Notes under the pieces: generated by a model
The model's database searches: none
Seen by the model: the letters and a program-made list of their open reading frames with translations, nothing else
Told to the model about the DNA's origin: nothing
Shown here: positions 18,654-27,195 of the stretch, piece by piece
Position numbering within the stretch: the first letter of the stretch is position 1
Layout of the letters: each line of letters opens with the position of its first letter
Assembly: GCA_020632335.1 (NCBI GenBank)
Contig: JACKFV010000001.1
Coordinates: 540,001-572,000, forward strand
Reading direction: 5' to 3'
Source: Candidatus Saccharimonadota bacterium
GTDB lineage: Bacteria > Patescibacteriota > Gracilibacteria > UBA4473
DNA length: 32,000 nucleotides
Position numbers and translations under genes: made by a program

Positions 18654-18681
18654 TTGACACTCCGGGGCTGATTCTTATCTT
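18654..18681 (+). promoter_or_regulatory. Candidate promoter of the ribosomal-protein cluster (TTGACA-N16-TATCTT)
   Basis: Perfect -35 hexamer. An AT-rich, UP-like tract lies upstream (tttttgagatattgcattctttatggtatttcgctaaatc). The -10 hexamer ends 25 nt before the rplN ATG. Confidence 0.45.
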
Positions 18682-18706
18682 CCTCTCGCTCGAACCCAGA
18701 GAAATT

Positions 18707-19075
18707 ATGATCCAGCATATGACCCGTCTTGGAGTGGCCGACAACAGCGGCGCAAAAGAAGTGATGTGCATTAAGGTGCTGGGGGGGTCGAAGCGGCGCT
18801 ACGCTCGGGTGGGAGATGTCATTGTGGTGACGGTGAAGGACGCGGCGCCCAAGGGGGTGGTGAAGAAGAAGAGCGTGCAGCAGGCGGTGGTGGTGCGCCA
18901 GAAGAACGACGTGCAGCGTGCTGATGGGTCGATTGTACGATTTGACGAAAATGCCGTGGTGATCGTGAATAAGGACGGACTGCCGAAGGGGACGCGGGTG
19001 TTTGGCCCGGTGGCGCGGGAGCTGCGGGCGATGGGATACCAGAAGATTATTTCTCTCGCACCGGAGGTGCTGTAA
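18707..19075 (+). CDS. rplN: 50S ribosomal protein L14
   Basis: [44 protein letters not shown]...[10 protein letters not shown] is collinear with E. coli L14. The ORF-track start at 18614 was trimmed to the conserved MIQ start. Confidence 0.97.
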   Translation: MIQHMTRLGVADNSGAKEVMCIKVLGGSKRRYARVGDVIVVTVKDAAPKGVVKKKSVQQAVVVRQKNDVQRADGSIVRFDENAVVIVNKDGLPKGTRVFGPVARELRAMGYQKIISLAPEVL

Positions 19076-19085
19076 CTCTTACCCG

Positions 19086-19430
19086 ATGAAACTCTGCGTG
19101 AATGACCCCGTTATTGTGATCGCCGGTAAGGATGCCGGCAAAGAAGGCACGGTGATGCGCGTAGACCGCAAGCACAACCGTGTGGTAGTAGAGGGGGTGA
19201 ATAAACAGATCCGCCACAAGAAGCGCACGATGGGAGAACCCGGGCGCCGCGAGGAGTTCTTTGCGCCGCTGGACGCGAGTAATGTGATGTACAAAGACCC
19301 CAAGACGGGCAAGCCAACCCGCTTGGGCTACAAGATAGAAAATGGCGCCAAGATCCGCATCGCGAAGAAATCTGGTACCGAGGTACCGCCGCAGGGCAAG
19401 GGGACATTTACTACTAATCTGACTGCCTAA
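19086..19430 (+). CDS. rplX: 50S ribosomal protein L24
   Basis: KOW-type sequence MKLCVNDPVIVIAGKDAGKEGTVMRVDRKHNRVVVEGVN. It sits between L14 and L5. The start was trimmed from 19002 to ATG 19086. Its TAA overlaps the rplE ATG (TAATG). Confidence 0.93.
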   Translation: MKLCVNDPVIVIAGKDAGKEGTVMRVDRKHNRVVVEGVNKQIRHKKRTMGEPGRREEFFAPLDASNVMYKDPKTGKPTRLGYKIENGAKIRIAKKSGTEVPPQGKGTFTTNLTA

Positions 19431-19999
19431 TGACAGTACATTCTGCCCTGGCTACGGACTGGAAGGCAACGCTGAAGCCAGCGCTGCAAAAGGAGATGCA
19501 TGTAAAGAGCCCCATGCAGGTGCCCGAGGTGACCAAGGTAGTGGTGAATGTGGGCATTGGCTCCTACCTCCAGAAGCTGGGGACCAAGGACTACAGCTTT
19601 GTGGTAGAGAACCTGCGGGCGATTACCGGTCAGCAGCCCGTGGTACGCACCGCGCGTAAGAGCGTGAGTAACTTCAAGCTCCGGCAGGGTATGCCCGTGG
19701 GGGTATATGTGACGCTGCGTGGTGAGCGGGCCTATGCTTTCCTCGAGAAGATGGTGCACGTGGTCTTCCCACGGGTGCGGGACTTCCGCGGTATTGGCCG
19801 TAAGAGTTTTGATAAGGCTGGGAATTACTCCGTGGCCTTCACTGACCATACGGTCTTCCCTGAGGGGGTGCTGCCGGAGGACGCTCGTCGGACCTTTGGC
19901 CTGCAGGTGACGGTGTGTACCACCGCCAAGACCCCTGCTGAGGGTGAGATGCTGCTCGAGAAATTGGGCTTCCCGTTTAAGAAAAAACCTACTGTTTAA
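19430..19999 (+). CDS. rplE: 50S ribosomal protein L5
   Basis: [16 protein letters not shown]...[55 protein letters not shown] matches the L5 consensus throughout. Confidence 0.97.
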   Translation: MTVHSALATDWKATLKPALQKEMHVKSPMQVPEVTKVVVNVGIGSYLQKLGTKDYSFVVENLRAITGQQPVVRTARKSVSNFKLRQGMPVGVYVTLRGERAYAFLEKMVHVVFPRVRDFRGIGRKSFDKAGNYSVAFTDHTVFPEGVLPEDARRTFGLQVTVCTTAKTPAEGEMLLEKLGFPFKKKPTV

Positions 20000-20010
20000 T
20001 CTCTACTGTT

Positions 20011-20235
20011 ATGGCCAATGAGCGCGACCGTGCACGACATGTGAAGGAGAAGGCTCGCTTCTTGCTCGCGAAGGAGGAGGGACGCAAAATCCCCCACGCG
20101 ATTCGCTTCCGCAACCGCTGTGAACTGTGTATGCGGAATCGTGGGTATCTGCGAGACTTTGACCTGTGTCGTATCTGTTTCAACGAGTTGGCGCGCAAGG
20201 GCCAGCTGCCTGGTGTAAAAAAATCTTCTTGGTAA
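20011..20235 (+). CDS. rpsN: 30S ribosomal protein S14, zinc-ribbon (type Z-like) form
   Basis: C-terminal [39 protein letters not shown] with a CxxC...CxxC pattern. At 74 aa it is slightly longer than the usual 61-aa type Z. Confidence 0.93.
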   Translation: MANERDRARHVKEKARFLLAKEEGRKIPHAIRFRNRCELCMRNRGYLRDFDLCRICFNELARKGQLPGVKKSSW

Positions 20236-20245
20236 TCTTTCTCCT

Positions 20246-20626
20246 ATGGTAGTTTCTGACCCAATAGCTGACTTCTTGACTCGTATCCGCAATGCGCAGA
20301 TGGCGCGCCGGAGCGAGGTGCGCATGCCGTACTCACAGCTGAAGCACCGCGTGGCGGAGGTCATGCAGAAGAATGACTTCCTCGCCAGTGTGGAGAAGGA
20401 CGAGAGCGGGCAGTTCCCCGTACTAGTGCTGGGACTCCCTGAGAAGACGCTGACCCTGCAGAAGGTATCTCGGCCCGGGCAGCGCATCTACACGCCGGCT
20501 ACTGAGATCCGTAAGGTCAAGAACGGCTTCGGGATCGCCATTATCTCTACCCCTAAGGGCGTGATGACGGGCTATGAGGCCCGCAGTCTGCACGTAGGGG
20601 GAGAATTTCTCTGTACCGTTAGCTAA
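20246..20626 (+). CDS. rpsH: 30S ribosomal protein S8
   Basis: SDPIADFLTRIRNAQMARRSEVRMPYS...ISTPKGVMTGYEARSLHVGGEFLCTV matches the S8 consensus. Confidence 0.97.
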   Translation: MVVSDPIADFLTRIRNAQMARRSEVRMPYSQLKHRVAEVMQKNDFLASVEKDESGQFPVLVLGLPEKTLTLQKVSRPGQRIYTPATEIRKVKNGFGIAIISTPKGVMTGYEARSLHVGGEFLCTVS

Positions 20627-20635
20627 TACATACCC

Positions 20636-21184
20636 ATGAGCCGTATAGGAAAAGAACCAGTAACCATCCCCGCGGGCGTGACCCCTACAATAGCCACTGA
20701 CTCTGTGACGGTGAAAGGCCCCAAGGGCGAGCTGCGAGTGGGCTATGAGCCCCAGTATGTGACCATTGCCATGGAGGACGGGGCGCTGCAGGTGTCTCGG
20801 GCAGATGATTCTAAGGAAGCGCGTAGCCGCCATGGGCTCTATCGGAATCTGCTACAGAATGCCGTACTGGGCGTGACGGAGGGCTTTGAGAAGCGGCTGG
20901 AAGTGAAGGGCGTGGGGTACCGCTGGGCCGTGAAGGGCAGTGAGCTGGAGATGAACCTGGGGTTCAGTCACCCGGTGCACTTTGCCATCCCCAAGGGTAT
21001 AGAGATGAGCCACCCCGAGAAGCAGAACAACGTGCTGATTATCCGTGGGCTGGATAAACAGTTGGTGGGGCAGGTAGCCGCGGATATCCGCCAGTACCGC
21101 AAACCAGAGCCCTATAAGGGTAAGGGGATTCGCTACGTTGGTGAGGTGATCGCGATGAAACAAGGGAAAACGCTGAAAAAATAA
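20636..21184 (+). CDS. rplF: 50S ribosomal protein L6
   Basis: MSRIGKEPVTIPAGV...VKGPKGEL...GVGYRW...LGFSHPV...IRQYRKPEPYKGKGIRY matches the L6 consensus. Confidence 0.97.
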   Translation: MSRIGKEPVTIPAGVTPTIATDSVTVKGPKGELRVGYEPQYVTIAMEDGALQVSRADDSKEARSRHGLYRNLLQNAVLGVTEGFEKRLEVKGVGYRWAVKGSELEMNLGFSHPVHFAIPKGIEMSHPEKQNNVLIIRGLDKQLVGQVAADIRQYRKPEPYKGKGIRYVGEVIAMKQGKTLKK

Positions 21185-21195
21185 CCATTCTTCTC

Positions 21196-21549
21196 ATGAG
21201 CGTCTCTACGAAACAACAACGATACATCGGACGTAAGCGCCGCACCAATGTGATGGCGCGTAAGGCAGGAGTGGCCTCAGGGCTGCCACGCCTGATAATT
21301 TTTAAGTCCAACAAGGGGGTGTATGCCCACCTGATGGATGACGAGCAGGGCAAAATGCTCTGTGGGGTTAGTGGTCTGAAACTCACCGGTACGGGCACCG
21401 AGCGTGCGCATGCGGTGGGGAAGGCCATTGCTGAGAAGGCCAAAGCGGCAGGAGTGCCCCAGGTGGTCTTTGACCGTAATGGCTACCGGTTTACCGGACA
21501 AGTGGCGGCTGTGGCTGCCGGAGCGCGTGAGGGCGGCCTTTCTTGCTAG
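21196..21549 (+). CDS. rplR: 50S ribosomal protein L18
   Basis: RKRRTNVMARKAG...PRLIIFKSNKGVYAHLMDDEQGKML...VVFDRNGYRFTGQVAAVAAGAREGGL matches the L18 consensus. Confidence 0.96.
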   Translation: MSVSTKQQRYIGRKRRTNVMARKAGVASGLPRLIIFKSNKGVYAHLMDDEQGKMLCGVSGLKLTGTGTERAHAVGKAIAEKAKAAGVPQVVFDRNGYRFTGQVAAVAAGAREGGLSC

Positions 21550-21592
21550 ACTCCCCCAGTGGTTGAGTCGCACAACTCCTTATATCCTTCTT

Positions 21593-22612
21593 ATGACTGA
21601 TACATCCCCGACGACGGCTCCTGAAGAAACCACAACCGTGGCACCCGTAGAGGAGCATGAGGCCAAGACTACTCAGCAAGACCGTGAGGGTCTGAGCCGA
21701 CGCCGACGCAACCGCAAGGGCAAGCGTCAGGAGCGGGAGGAGAAGGAGTTTGAGGAGTCCATCTTACAGATAGACCGGGTGACGCGCGTGGTGAAGGGGG
21801 GGCGACGGATGCGCTTCCGCGTGAGTGTGGTGATCGGTGATAAAAAGGGTCGGGTGGGCTTTGGGATCGGGAAGGCGAATGAGGTGATGGAGGGTGTGCA
21901 GAAGGCCGTTTCTCAGGCCAAGAAGCAGCTCATCCGCGTGCCGATCTACTTTGATACCCTGCCGCATGAGGTGACAGCGAGCTTCAAGGCGACTAAGGTG
22001 ACGCTCTTTCCGGCTCCGGCGGGGAAGGGACTGATTGCCGGTGGTGCGGTGCGCAAGATCCTCGAGCTGGCTGGTGTGCGTGATGTGCTCTCGAAGGTAC
22101 ACGGGTCACGCAATAGCCTGAATATGGCCTATGCAACGTTGCAGGCGATACAAATGCTGGAGGATAAGCTCCCCCCGGGCATGGAGGACCGCCAGGCAGC
22201 TCATGCCAAAGCCGAAGCCGAAAAGCAGGCCAAGGCCAGTGCAGCGGTAGAGAAGATCAAGCAGCGAGCGACGACGTCAGCAGCACCCGAGAAGAAAACC
22301 GACAAAAAGACGGAGAAAGCAGCGGTAGAGACCGTGACGCTTGGAGGGAAGCACTATGCGATGAATGACCTGCAGTTGATAGAAGGCATTGGCCCCAAGG
22401 TGGCCGAGGCACTGACTGCAGCGGGCGTCGATACCTGGAAGACCCTCAGCCAGACCAGCGCGGAGCAGCTGCGGGAGATACTGGACGCTGCGGAGGGGAA
22501 CTTCAGCGCGCAGGTGCCCGACACCTGGCCTGAGCAAGCGGCGCTGGCAGCTGCGGGGGACTTTGCCGCACTGGCTACTCTGCAAGAAAGCCTTGACGGT
22601 GGGAAGAAATAA
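21593..22612 (+). CDS. rpsE: 30S ribosomal protein S5 with acidic/basic N-terminal extension and about 150-aa C-terminal extension ending in a helix-hairpin-helix-type module
   Basis: S5 core: ILQIDRVTRVVKGGRRMRFRVSVVIGDKKGRVGFGIGKANEVMEGVQKA...TLFPAPAGKGLIAGGAVRKILELAGVRDVLSKVHGSRNSLNMAYATLQA. The start was set to ATG 21593, because the ORF-track start at 21404 overlaps rplR. TTG 21563 is an alternative start. C-terminal module: NDLQLIEGIGPKVAEALTAAGVDTWKTLSQTSAEQLREIL...TWPEQAALAAAGDFAALATLQESLDGGKK. Confidence 0.9.
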   Translation: MTDTSPTTAPEETTTVAPVEEHEAKTTQQDREGLSRRRRNRKGKRQEREEKEFEESILQIDRVTRVVKGGRRMRFRVSVVIGDKKGRVGFGIGKANEVMEGVQKAVSQAKKQLIRVPIYFDTLPHEVTASFKATKVTLFPAPAGKGLIAGGAVRKILELAGVRDVLSKVHGSRNSLNMAYATLQAIQMLEDKLPPGMEDRQAAHAKAEAEKQAKASAAVEKIKQRATTSAAPEKKTDKKTEKAAVETVTLGGKHYAMNDLQLIEGIGPKVAEALTAAGVDTWKTLSQTSAEQLREILDAAEGNFSAQVPDTWPEQAALAAAGDFAALATLQESLDGGKK

Positions 22613-22628
22613 CGTAACCTAGCACACG

Positions 22629-23048
22629 ATGAAACTGCACGAACTCCAAGCAACTCAGACAAAAAAACCACGACGACGTAAGGGCCGTGGCTACTCTAGT
22701 GGCTTTGGCACCTTTGCGGGTCGGGGGTGTAAAGGGCAAAATAGCCGCTCTGGTGGGGGGGTGCGCCTGGGGTTTGAGGGGGGGCAGTCACCCCTGCTCA
22801 AGCGCTTGCCGAAGCTCAAGGGCTTCAAGAACCCCAACCGAGTGGAGACCAGCGTGGTGGACCTGAGTGCGCTTGGTGTCTTTAGTGCGGGGGAGGCGGT
22901 GACATTGGAGACGCTGAAGGAGAAGCAGCTCATCCCGGCTAGAGCCACCAGAGCTAAGATCCTCGCTAATGGGGAGTGCACGGTAGCGCTTACCCTGGGG
23001 GATGACGTACAGGCCTCAGCGGCGGTGCGGAAGGCACTGGGGGCCTAG
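22629..23048 (+). CDS. rplO: 50S ribosomal protein L15
   Basis: MKLHELQ...RRRKGRGYSSGFGTFAGRGCKGQNSRSGGGVRLGFEGGQSPLLKRLPKLKGF matches the L15 consensus. It starts 16 nt after the rpsE stop, so no L30 gene lies between them. Confidence 0.96.
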   Translation: MKLHELQATQTKKPRRRKGRGYSSGFGTFAGRGCKGQNSRSGGGVRLGFEGGQSPLLKRLPKLKGFKNPNRVETSVVDLSALGVFSAGEAVTLETLKEKQLIPARATRAKILANGECTVALTLGDDVQASAAVRKALGA

Positions 23049-23151
23049 GAGAATACTTCTGGGAGGGGGTACGCATCCGCACTGGTAAAGGACTCCGCTG
23101 GGGTTGCCAGATAGGTGGAGAGCGCTACACTGCTGGCGTGTAGATTCTTGT

Positions 23152-25602
23152 ATGCTCAGACGGTTTTGCATTCTCGGCATGGTTCTCGGAGCGCTGATGC
23201 CACTGCTGGCGCGGGCGCAGTTCATAGACATAGACGTCACCCATCCACAGGTGGCGGCTATTAGCGCGCTGGCGGAGGAGGGCGTGGTGCAGGGCTACTG
23301 GCATGAGGGCAAGAAGTACTTCCGGCCGTTGCAACCGGTTACCCGTGCGGAGGCGGTGAAGATGGTGCTGCTCTCGGCGGCTTACCCGGTGCCAGAGGGG
23401 ATGGCGCGGTCCTTCCCTGATGTGGCAGCCGACGCGTGGTTTGCTCCGGTGGTGAGCGATGCGGTGGGGCGCGGCATTGTGAAGGGCTACCCGGATGGGA
23501 GCTTCCAGCCCTTTGGCGTGGTCACGCGGGCTGAGCTGCTGAGTATGGGGCTGCGGGCCTATGCGCGGCAGGTGCCTGCTGCGGAGGGGGAGGACTGGTG
23601 GCAGCCCATTATGCAGTATGCGGAGCAGCTGCGGCTGGTGACTGGAGGGGCGGATCCGAACACTGCGCTGACCCGTGGGCAGGTGGCGGAGCTGCTCTAC
23701 CGGCTGCAGCGGGTGGCCACGCATGACTTTACTCGGGCGTATGTGTATAGCGGGCAGGGCCTGGCCAGTTATTACAATCCTGCGCTGACGGGCAACCTGA
23801 CCGCTAGTGGTGACCGCTATGACCCAGAGAAGCTGACCGCGGCGCACCGGACGCTGCCCTTTGGCACGCAGCTGCTGGTGAGTCATGGGGAAAAGAGCGT
23901 CATCGTGACGGTGAATGACCGCGGCCCCTACCATGATGACCGTGTGCTGGACCTCAGCCAGACGGCCTTTAGTACGCTCGGGGAGCTGGGCAGTGGCGTG
24001 CTGGACGTGCAGTATGAGATCTATGAGCCGACCCCCACCACCGTGCCCGTGCCCCAGGCCATCCTGGAGGAGCTGCAGACGGAAGTAGCCGAGAGCCTCC
24101 AGATACCCGACGCGATACAGGCCGAGCTGGACCATGCGGGGGTGCGGCTGCTGGTGGATGAGAGCGATGACTCCTCCCCCAGCCAGAGCGCGCCAAACCC
24201 TTATACTGAGCTGCCCACCCTCCCCTACTATGAGGGGAATGTGAGTGAAGTGCCGGTGGACTTCTATGACGATATCACGCTGCGGCGGCGCATCCCTAGT
24301 GTGGTGTATACCGGCTCAGTGCTGCAGGTGGGGGGCCGTACGGAGCGTGGGAAGAAAGCGGTGACGATCTTCCTCCAGGAGAAAGAGACCGGCCAGCAGC
24401 TGCAGTACACGGGCAAGGTAAGCGGCGAGAACTTCAGCGTGCCGGTGGTGTTTGGTGTGCCGGGGAGCTGGAAGATGGGCATTGTCTTTGACGGTGGTAC
24501 CCGCAGCCGTGTGGCCCCCATAGCGGTGGTGAATGCCCCCAGAGAGCGCCGCTTCCCTACCCAGTACACACCAGGAGACGCGGTGTCTCCGGTGCTCACC
24601 CTGCTGCCGGAGGAGAGCCAGGTACGCCTGAGCTGGCAGAGCCGGGGCACGGTGCTGACGAAGATGGCCTTCACGCAGACCTCTCCTAAGCGGGTCTACC
24701 GCCAACTAACCATAGAGAGTGGCCTGAGCTCGCTGGATATCCCCTACGATTTCTTCCATATCTTTGCCGTGGGGGAGGAGCTCACGCTGGACCTCTGGCA
24801 GGCCGAGAGCACTGACGGGACACTCCGCGAGCAGAGCAGCGCCTGGGGTATGGCGAATTCTCAGCGGTATACGCTCGTGAGAGGATTCCGTGATGAAGAT
24901 AAGCGCAGCCGTATAGCGGTGGCGGGCTATGCGCGGTATGCACAGCCGGGCGAGAGTCTGACGCTCACGGGCGAGTTCCTCCACAATGATGGCGCGGAGG
25001 TGGCCTATGTGACGACGCCTGACGGCCTGGTGCACCCGGTGGCGCTGGCCTATGACGATGCGGGGCAGTTCACGCTCCACCAGGCGCTGAGCGATGAGGG
25101 CCTGTATATCCTCGAGCTGGTCTCAGATGCGGGAGAGATCCTCTATAACCGCGGGGTGTATGTGAGTACCAGCAGTGTGCTGCCGGTGGCGCCCTGGCGC
25201 TATAGCCCGTATGAGGAGACCACCGCGAGTGTGAGTGGTATCCTCCACTGGACTAACACCCTGCGCCGGAGCTATGGCCTGCAGGAGGTAGAGAGTGACC
25301 CTGCACTGAGCGAGGTGGCCTACCGCTATGCTGAGCAGATGGCCCGGGAGCACTTCATCAGTCATACGTCGCCGGAGGGGCTGAACTTCCAGGACCGTAT
25401 AGCACGCGCCAACCTCCCCGGGAATCACCGCTATGGCGAGAATATCTCGGTGGCTACGACGTTGCAGCTGGCGCTGGGGGGGCTGGAGACCTCTGGTTCG
25501 CATCGGCAAACTCTCCTCTCCCGCCAGTGGAGTCGCCTTGGGGTGGGGCTCTATACCGCTGGTAATGGCGATGTGTACGTGGTGCAGGTCTTTGCGGACT
25601 AG
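23152..25602 (+). CDS. Secreted multidomain cell-wall protein: signal peptide, three SLH-like repeats, RlpA-type double-psi beta-barrel, central region of unknown function, C-terminal CAP/SCP (YkwD-like) domain
   Basis: The start was trimmed to ATG 23152, giving MLRRFCILGMVLGALMPLLARA. SLH-like: FPDVAADAWFAPVVSDAVGRGIVKGYPDGSFQPFGVVTRAELLSM. RlpA DPBB: GLASYYNPALTGNLTASGDRYDPEKLTAAHRTLPFGTQLLVSHGEKSVIVTVNDRGPYHDDRVLDLSQTAF (about 23745-24030). CAP: YAEQMAREHFISHTSPEG...YGENIS...SGSHRQTLLSRQWSRLGVGLY..GNGDVYVVQVF (about 25240-25599). Confidence 0.8.
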   Translation: MLRRFCILGMVLGALMPLLARAQFIDIDVTHPQVAAISALAEEGVVQGYWHEGKKYFRPLQPVTRAEAVKMVLLSAAYPVPEGMARSFPDVAADAWFAPVVSDAVGRGIVKGYPDGSFQPFGVVTRAELLSMGLRAYARQVPAAEGEDWWQPIMQYAEQLRLVTGGADPNTALTRGQVAELLYRLQRVATHDFTRAYVYSGQGLASYYNPALTGNLTASGDRYDPEKLTAAHRTLPFGTQLLVSHGEKSVIVTVNDRGPYHDDRVLDLSQTAFSTLGELGSGVLDVQYEIYEPTPTTVPVPQAILEELQTEVAESLQIPDAIQAELDHAGVRLLVDESDDSSPSQSAPNPYTELPTLPYYEGNVSEVPVDFYDDITLRRRIPSVVYTGSVLQVGGRTERGKKAVTIFLQEKETGQQLQYTGKVSGENFSVPVVFGVPGSWKMGIVFDGGTRSRVAPIAVVNAPRERRFPTQYTPGDAVSPVLTLLPEESQVRLSWQSRGTVLTKMAFTQTSPKRVYRQLTIESGLSSLDIPYDFFHIFAVGEELTLDLWQAESTDGTLREQSSAWGMANSQRYTLVRGFRDEDKRSRIAVAGYARYAQPGESLTLTGEFLHNDGAEVAYVTTPDGLVHPVALAYDDAGQFTLHQALSDEGLYILELVSDAGEILYNRGVYVSTSSVLPVAPWRYSPYEETTASVSGILHWTNTLRRSYGLQEVESDPALSEVAYRYAEQMAREHFISHTSPEGLNFQDRIARANLPGNHRYGENISVATTLQLALGGLETSGSHRQTLLSRQWSRLGVGLYTAGNGDVYVVQVFAD

Positions 25603-26030
25603 CGTTGGCGTGCTTGCCACTCGGCCACGGCGTAGAGGAGCACCGCCAGGCTCACCCAGGTGTCGGCTAGGTTGAAGATAGGGAAGCCCCCTACAGCGAT
25701 GAAATCGGTCACCTTGCCGGCAATGAGGCGGTCCAGCAGGTTGCCCACCGCACCATTGAGCAGCAGTACCCCGGCCACGCGGTAGAGCGCGCTGTAGGGG
25801 CGCCGCCACAGCTGCCAGACCACCACCGCGATGACCAGCACGCTGAGCGCGCTACTGAGCCATACTGGCACGGGGAGGGAGAAGGCAATGCCGTGGTTAT
25901 AGTGGAGGGAGAGCTGCACCTGCTCCCCCAGGAGCCGTAGAGGTCCCTCTGCTAGGTGGGTACGGGCTAGGTACTTGGTGTATTGGTCAGCGATGAGCAG
26001 CCCGAGCGAAAGAAGAAGGTACATGAGCAA
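25599..26030 (-). CDS. lspA: Lipoprotein signal peptidase (signal peptidase II)
   Basis: ADQYTKYLA...LHYNHGIAFSL...NGAVGNLLDRLIAGKVTDFI...PIFNLADTWVSLAV matches the LspA conserved blocks (N.G.AF, GN..DR, FN.AD). Its TAG stop shares the palindrome CTAG with the convergent upstream gene. Confidence 0.9.
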   Translation of the reverse strand: MLMYLLLSLGLLIADQYTKYLARTHLAEGPLRLLGEQVQLSLHYNHGIAFSLPVPVWLSSALSVLVIAVVVWQLWRRPYSALYRVAGVLLLNGAVGNLLDRLIAGKVTDFIAVGGFPIFNLADTWVSLAVLLYAVAEWQARQR

Positions 26031-26042
26031 TAGAGAGAATAC

Positions 26043-27047
26043 TTAGCGCAGCGAGCGATAACTGGCGAGAATAGCCACCGTACTGCCCCCCAGCACCAGG
26101 AGCAGCGCTAGCAGCTGCCACAGCGAGTGGGTGACGGTGACGGCGATGGTGCCCAGCAGCAGGCTCACCCCAGTGAGGAGCGCTATGACCTGCTGGGGGC
26201 TGAGGCGTCGCTCCAGCGTGTGGTGCATGTGGGTGAGGTCGCCCTGGAAGGGGCTCTGGTGGAGGATAACCATGCGCCGCAGGGGCACAATGAGCGCGTC
26301 GATGATGGGCAGGCTCAGCACGATGAGCGTGGTGGCGATCTTAGCTCCACTGAGGATGGACAGTACCGCGAGCAGAAAACCCAGCACTTGGCTGCCGGTA
26401 TCCCCTAGCACTGCCCGCCGAGTAGCGAAGAAATACACCCCCCCAGCGCAGAGCCCTGCCATATACAGCGCCCCCTGGGTAACCGGCGCATTGGCGGGGT
26501 CCAGCACTAGCTCTGGCCGGGTGAGCCCCAGCACGCCCATGGTGAGGAACCCCACGCCGCTCAGCGGGACGCTCAGCCCATGGGAGCCGTCGATGAAATT
26601 CATGGCGTTGGTGATGAGCACTATCCACCCCACCGTGATGACCCCCGGCAGCCAGGGTACTACGCTCAGGTCTATGTTTGTGGCAGCGAAGGGGTGCCCG
26701 ATGGTGTGGATCTCCACCCCCAGGTGCACCACTGCCATGGCCAACAGCAGCTGTACGAGCAGTCGTAGCCAAGCCGGTAGACGCGCTCTATCGTCCAGGA
26801 AGCTCAGTGCTCCTAGTGCCAAAACGAGTGGTACCACCGGCCAGTACACCGGGCTGAGGAATCCAAGCCCTAGGCTCAGCACCGCGATGATAACCCCACC
26901 CGGGTAGGGCAGCGGCGCGCGGTCTCCCTCATGCGGGTAGAGGTGGGGTTTGTCCCCCAGGCCCCACTGAGCGAAGCGCGGCAGCAGCACCCCGTGCACC
27001 GTGAGGCTGAGGAGCAGCGCGAGCGGGAAGAGATAGATCATCGTCAT
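26043..27047 (-). CDS. Polyprenyl-phosphate N-acetylhexosamine-1-phosphate transferase family protein (glycosyltransferase family 4, WecA/TagO/MraY-like)
   Basis: Polytopic membrane protein with LSFLDDRARL, NAMNFIDGSHGLS (family block NA.N..DG.DGL) and THMHHTLE (compare the D..H.HH.L block of WecA/TagO). The start was set to ATG 27047 (MTMIYLFPL...). ATG 27083 is possible. The ORF-track start at 27257 overlaps pheS. Confidence 0.72.
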   Translation of the reverse strand: MTMIYLFPLALLLSLTVHGVLLPRFAQWGLGDKPHLYPHEGDRAPLPYPGGVIIAVLSLGLGFLSPVYWPVVPLVLALGALSFLDDRARLPAWLRLLVQLLLAMAVVHLGVEIHTIGHPFAATNIDLSVVPWLPGVITVGWIVLITNAMNFIDGSHGLSVPLSGVGFLTMGVLGLTRPELVLDPANAPVTQGALYMAGLCAGGVYFFATRRAVLGDTGSQVLGFLLAVLSILSGAKIATTLIVLSLPIIDALIVPLRRMVILHQSPFQGDLTHMHHTLERRLSPQQVIALLTGVSLLLGTIAVTVTHSLWQLLALLLVLGGSTVAILASYRSLR

Positions 27048-27195
27048 CGGCGTCTCTGGATTATGTGGTAGTGGCTTGGCCATAGAGTGTTCTACGGGGT
27101 CTCTCCTCGCGCGCAGTCCCCCTGGTACCAGCCGAGAGAGAGCGCTTTTTTGTTGAGGGTGTGCCACGGTGGAGGGGTCATGGAAGCAGCAGGTA

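Noticed and set aside
25599-25602. Convergent genes (SLH/RlpA/CAP and lspA) sharing the palindrome CTAG as both stop codons
   Set aside because: The overlap is real but trivial, a consequence of tight gene packing. No terminator or regulatory structure is associated with it.
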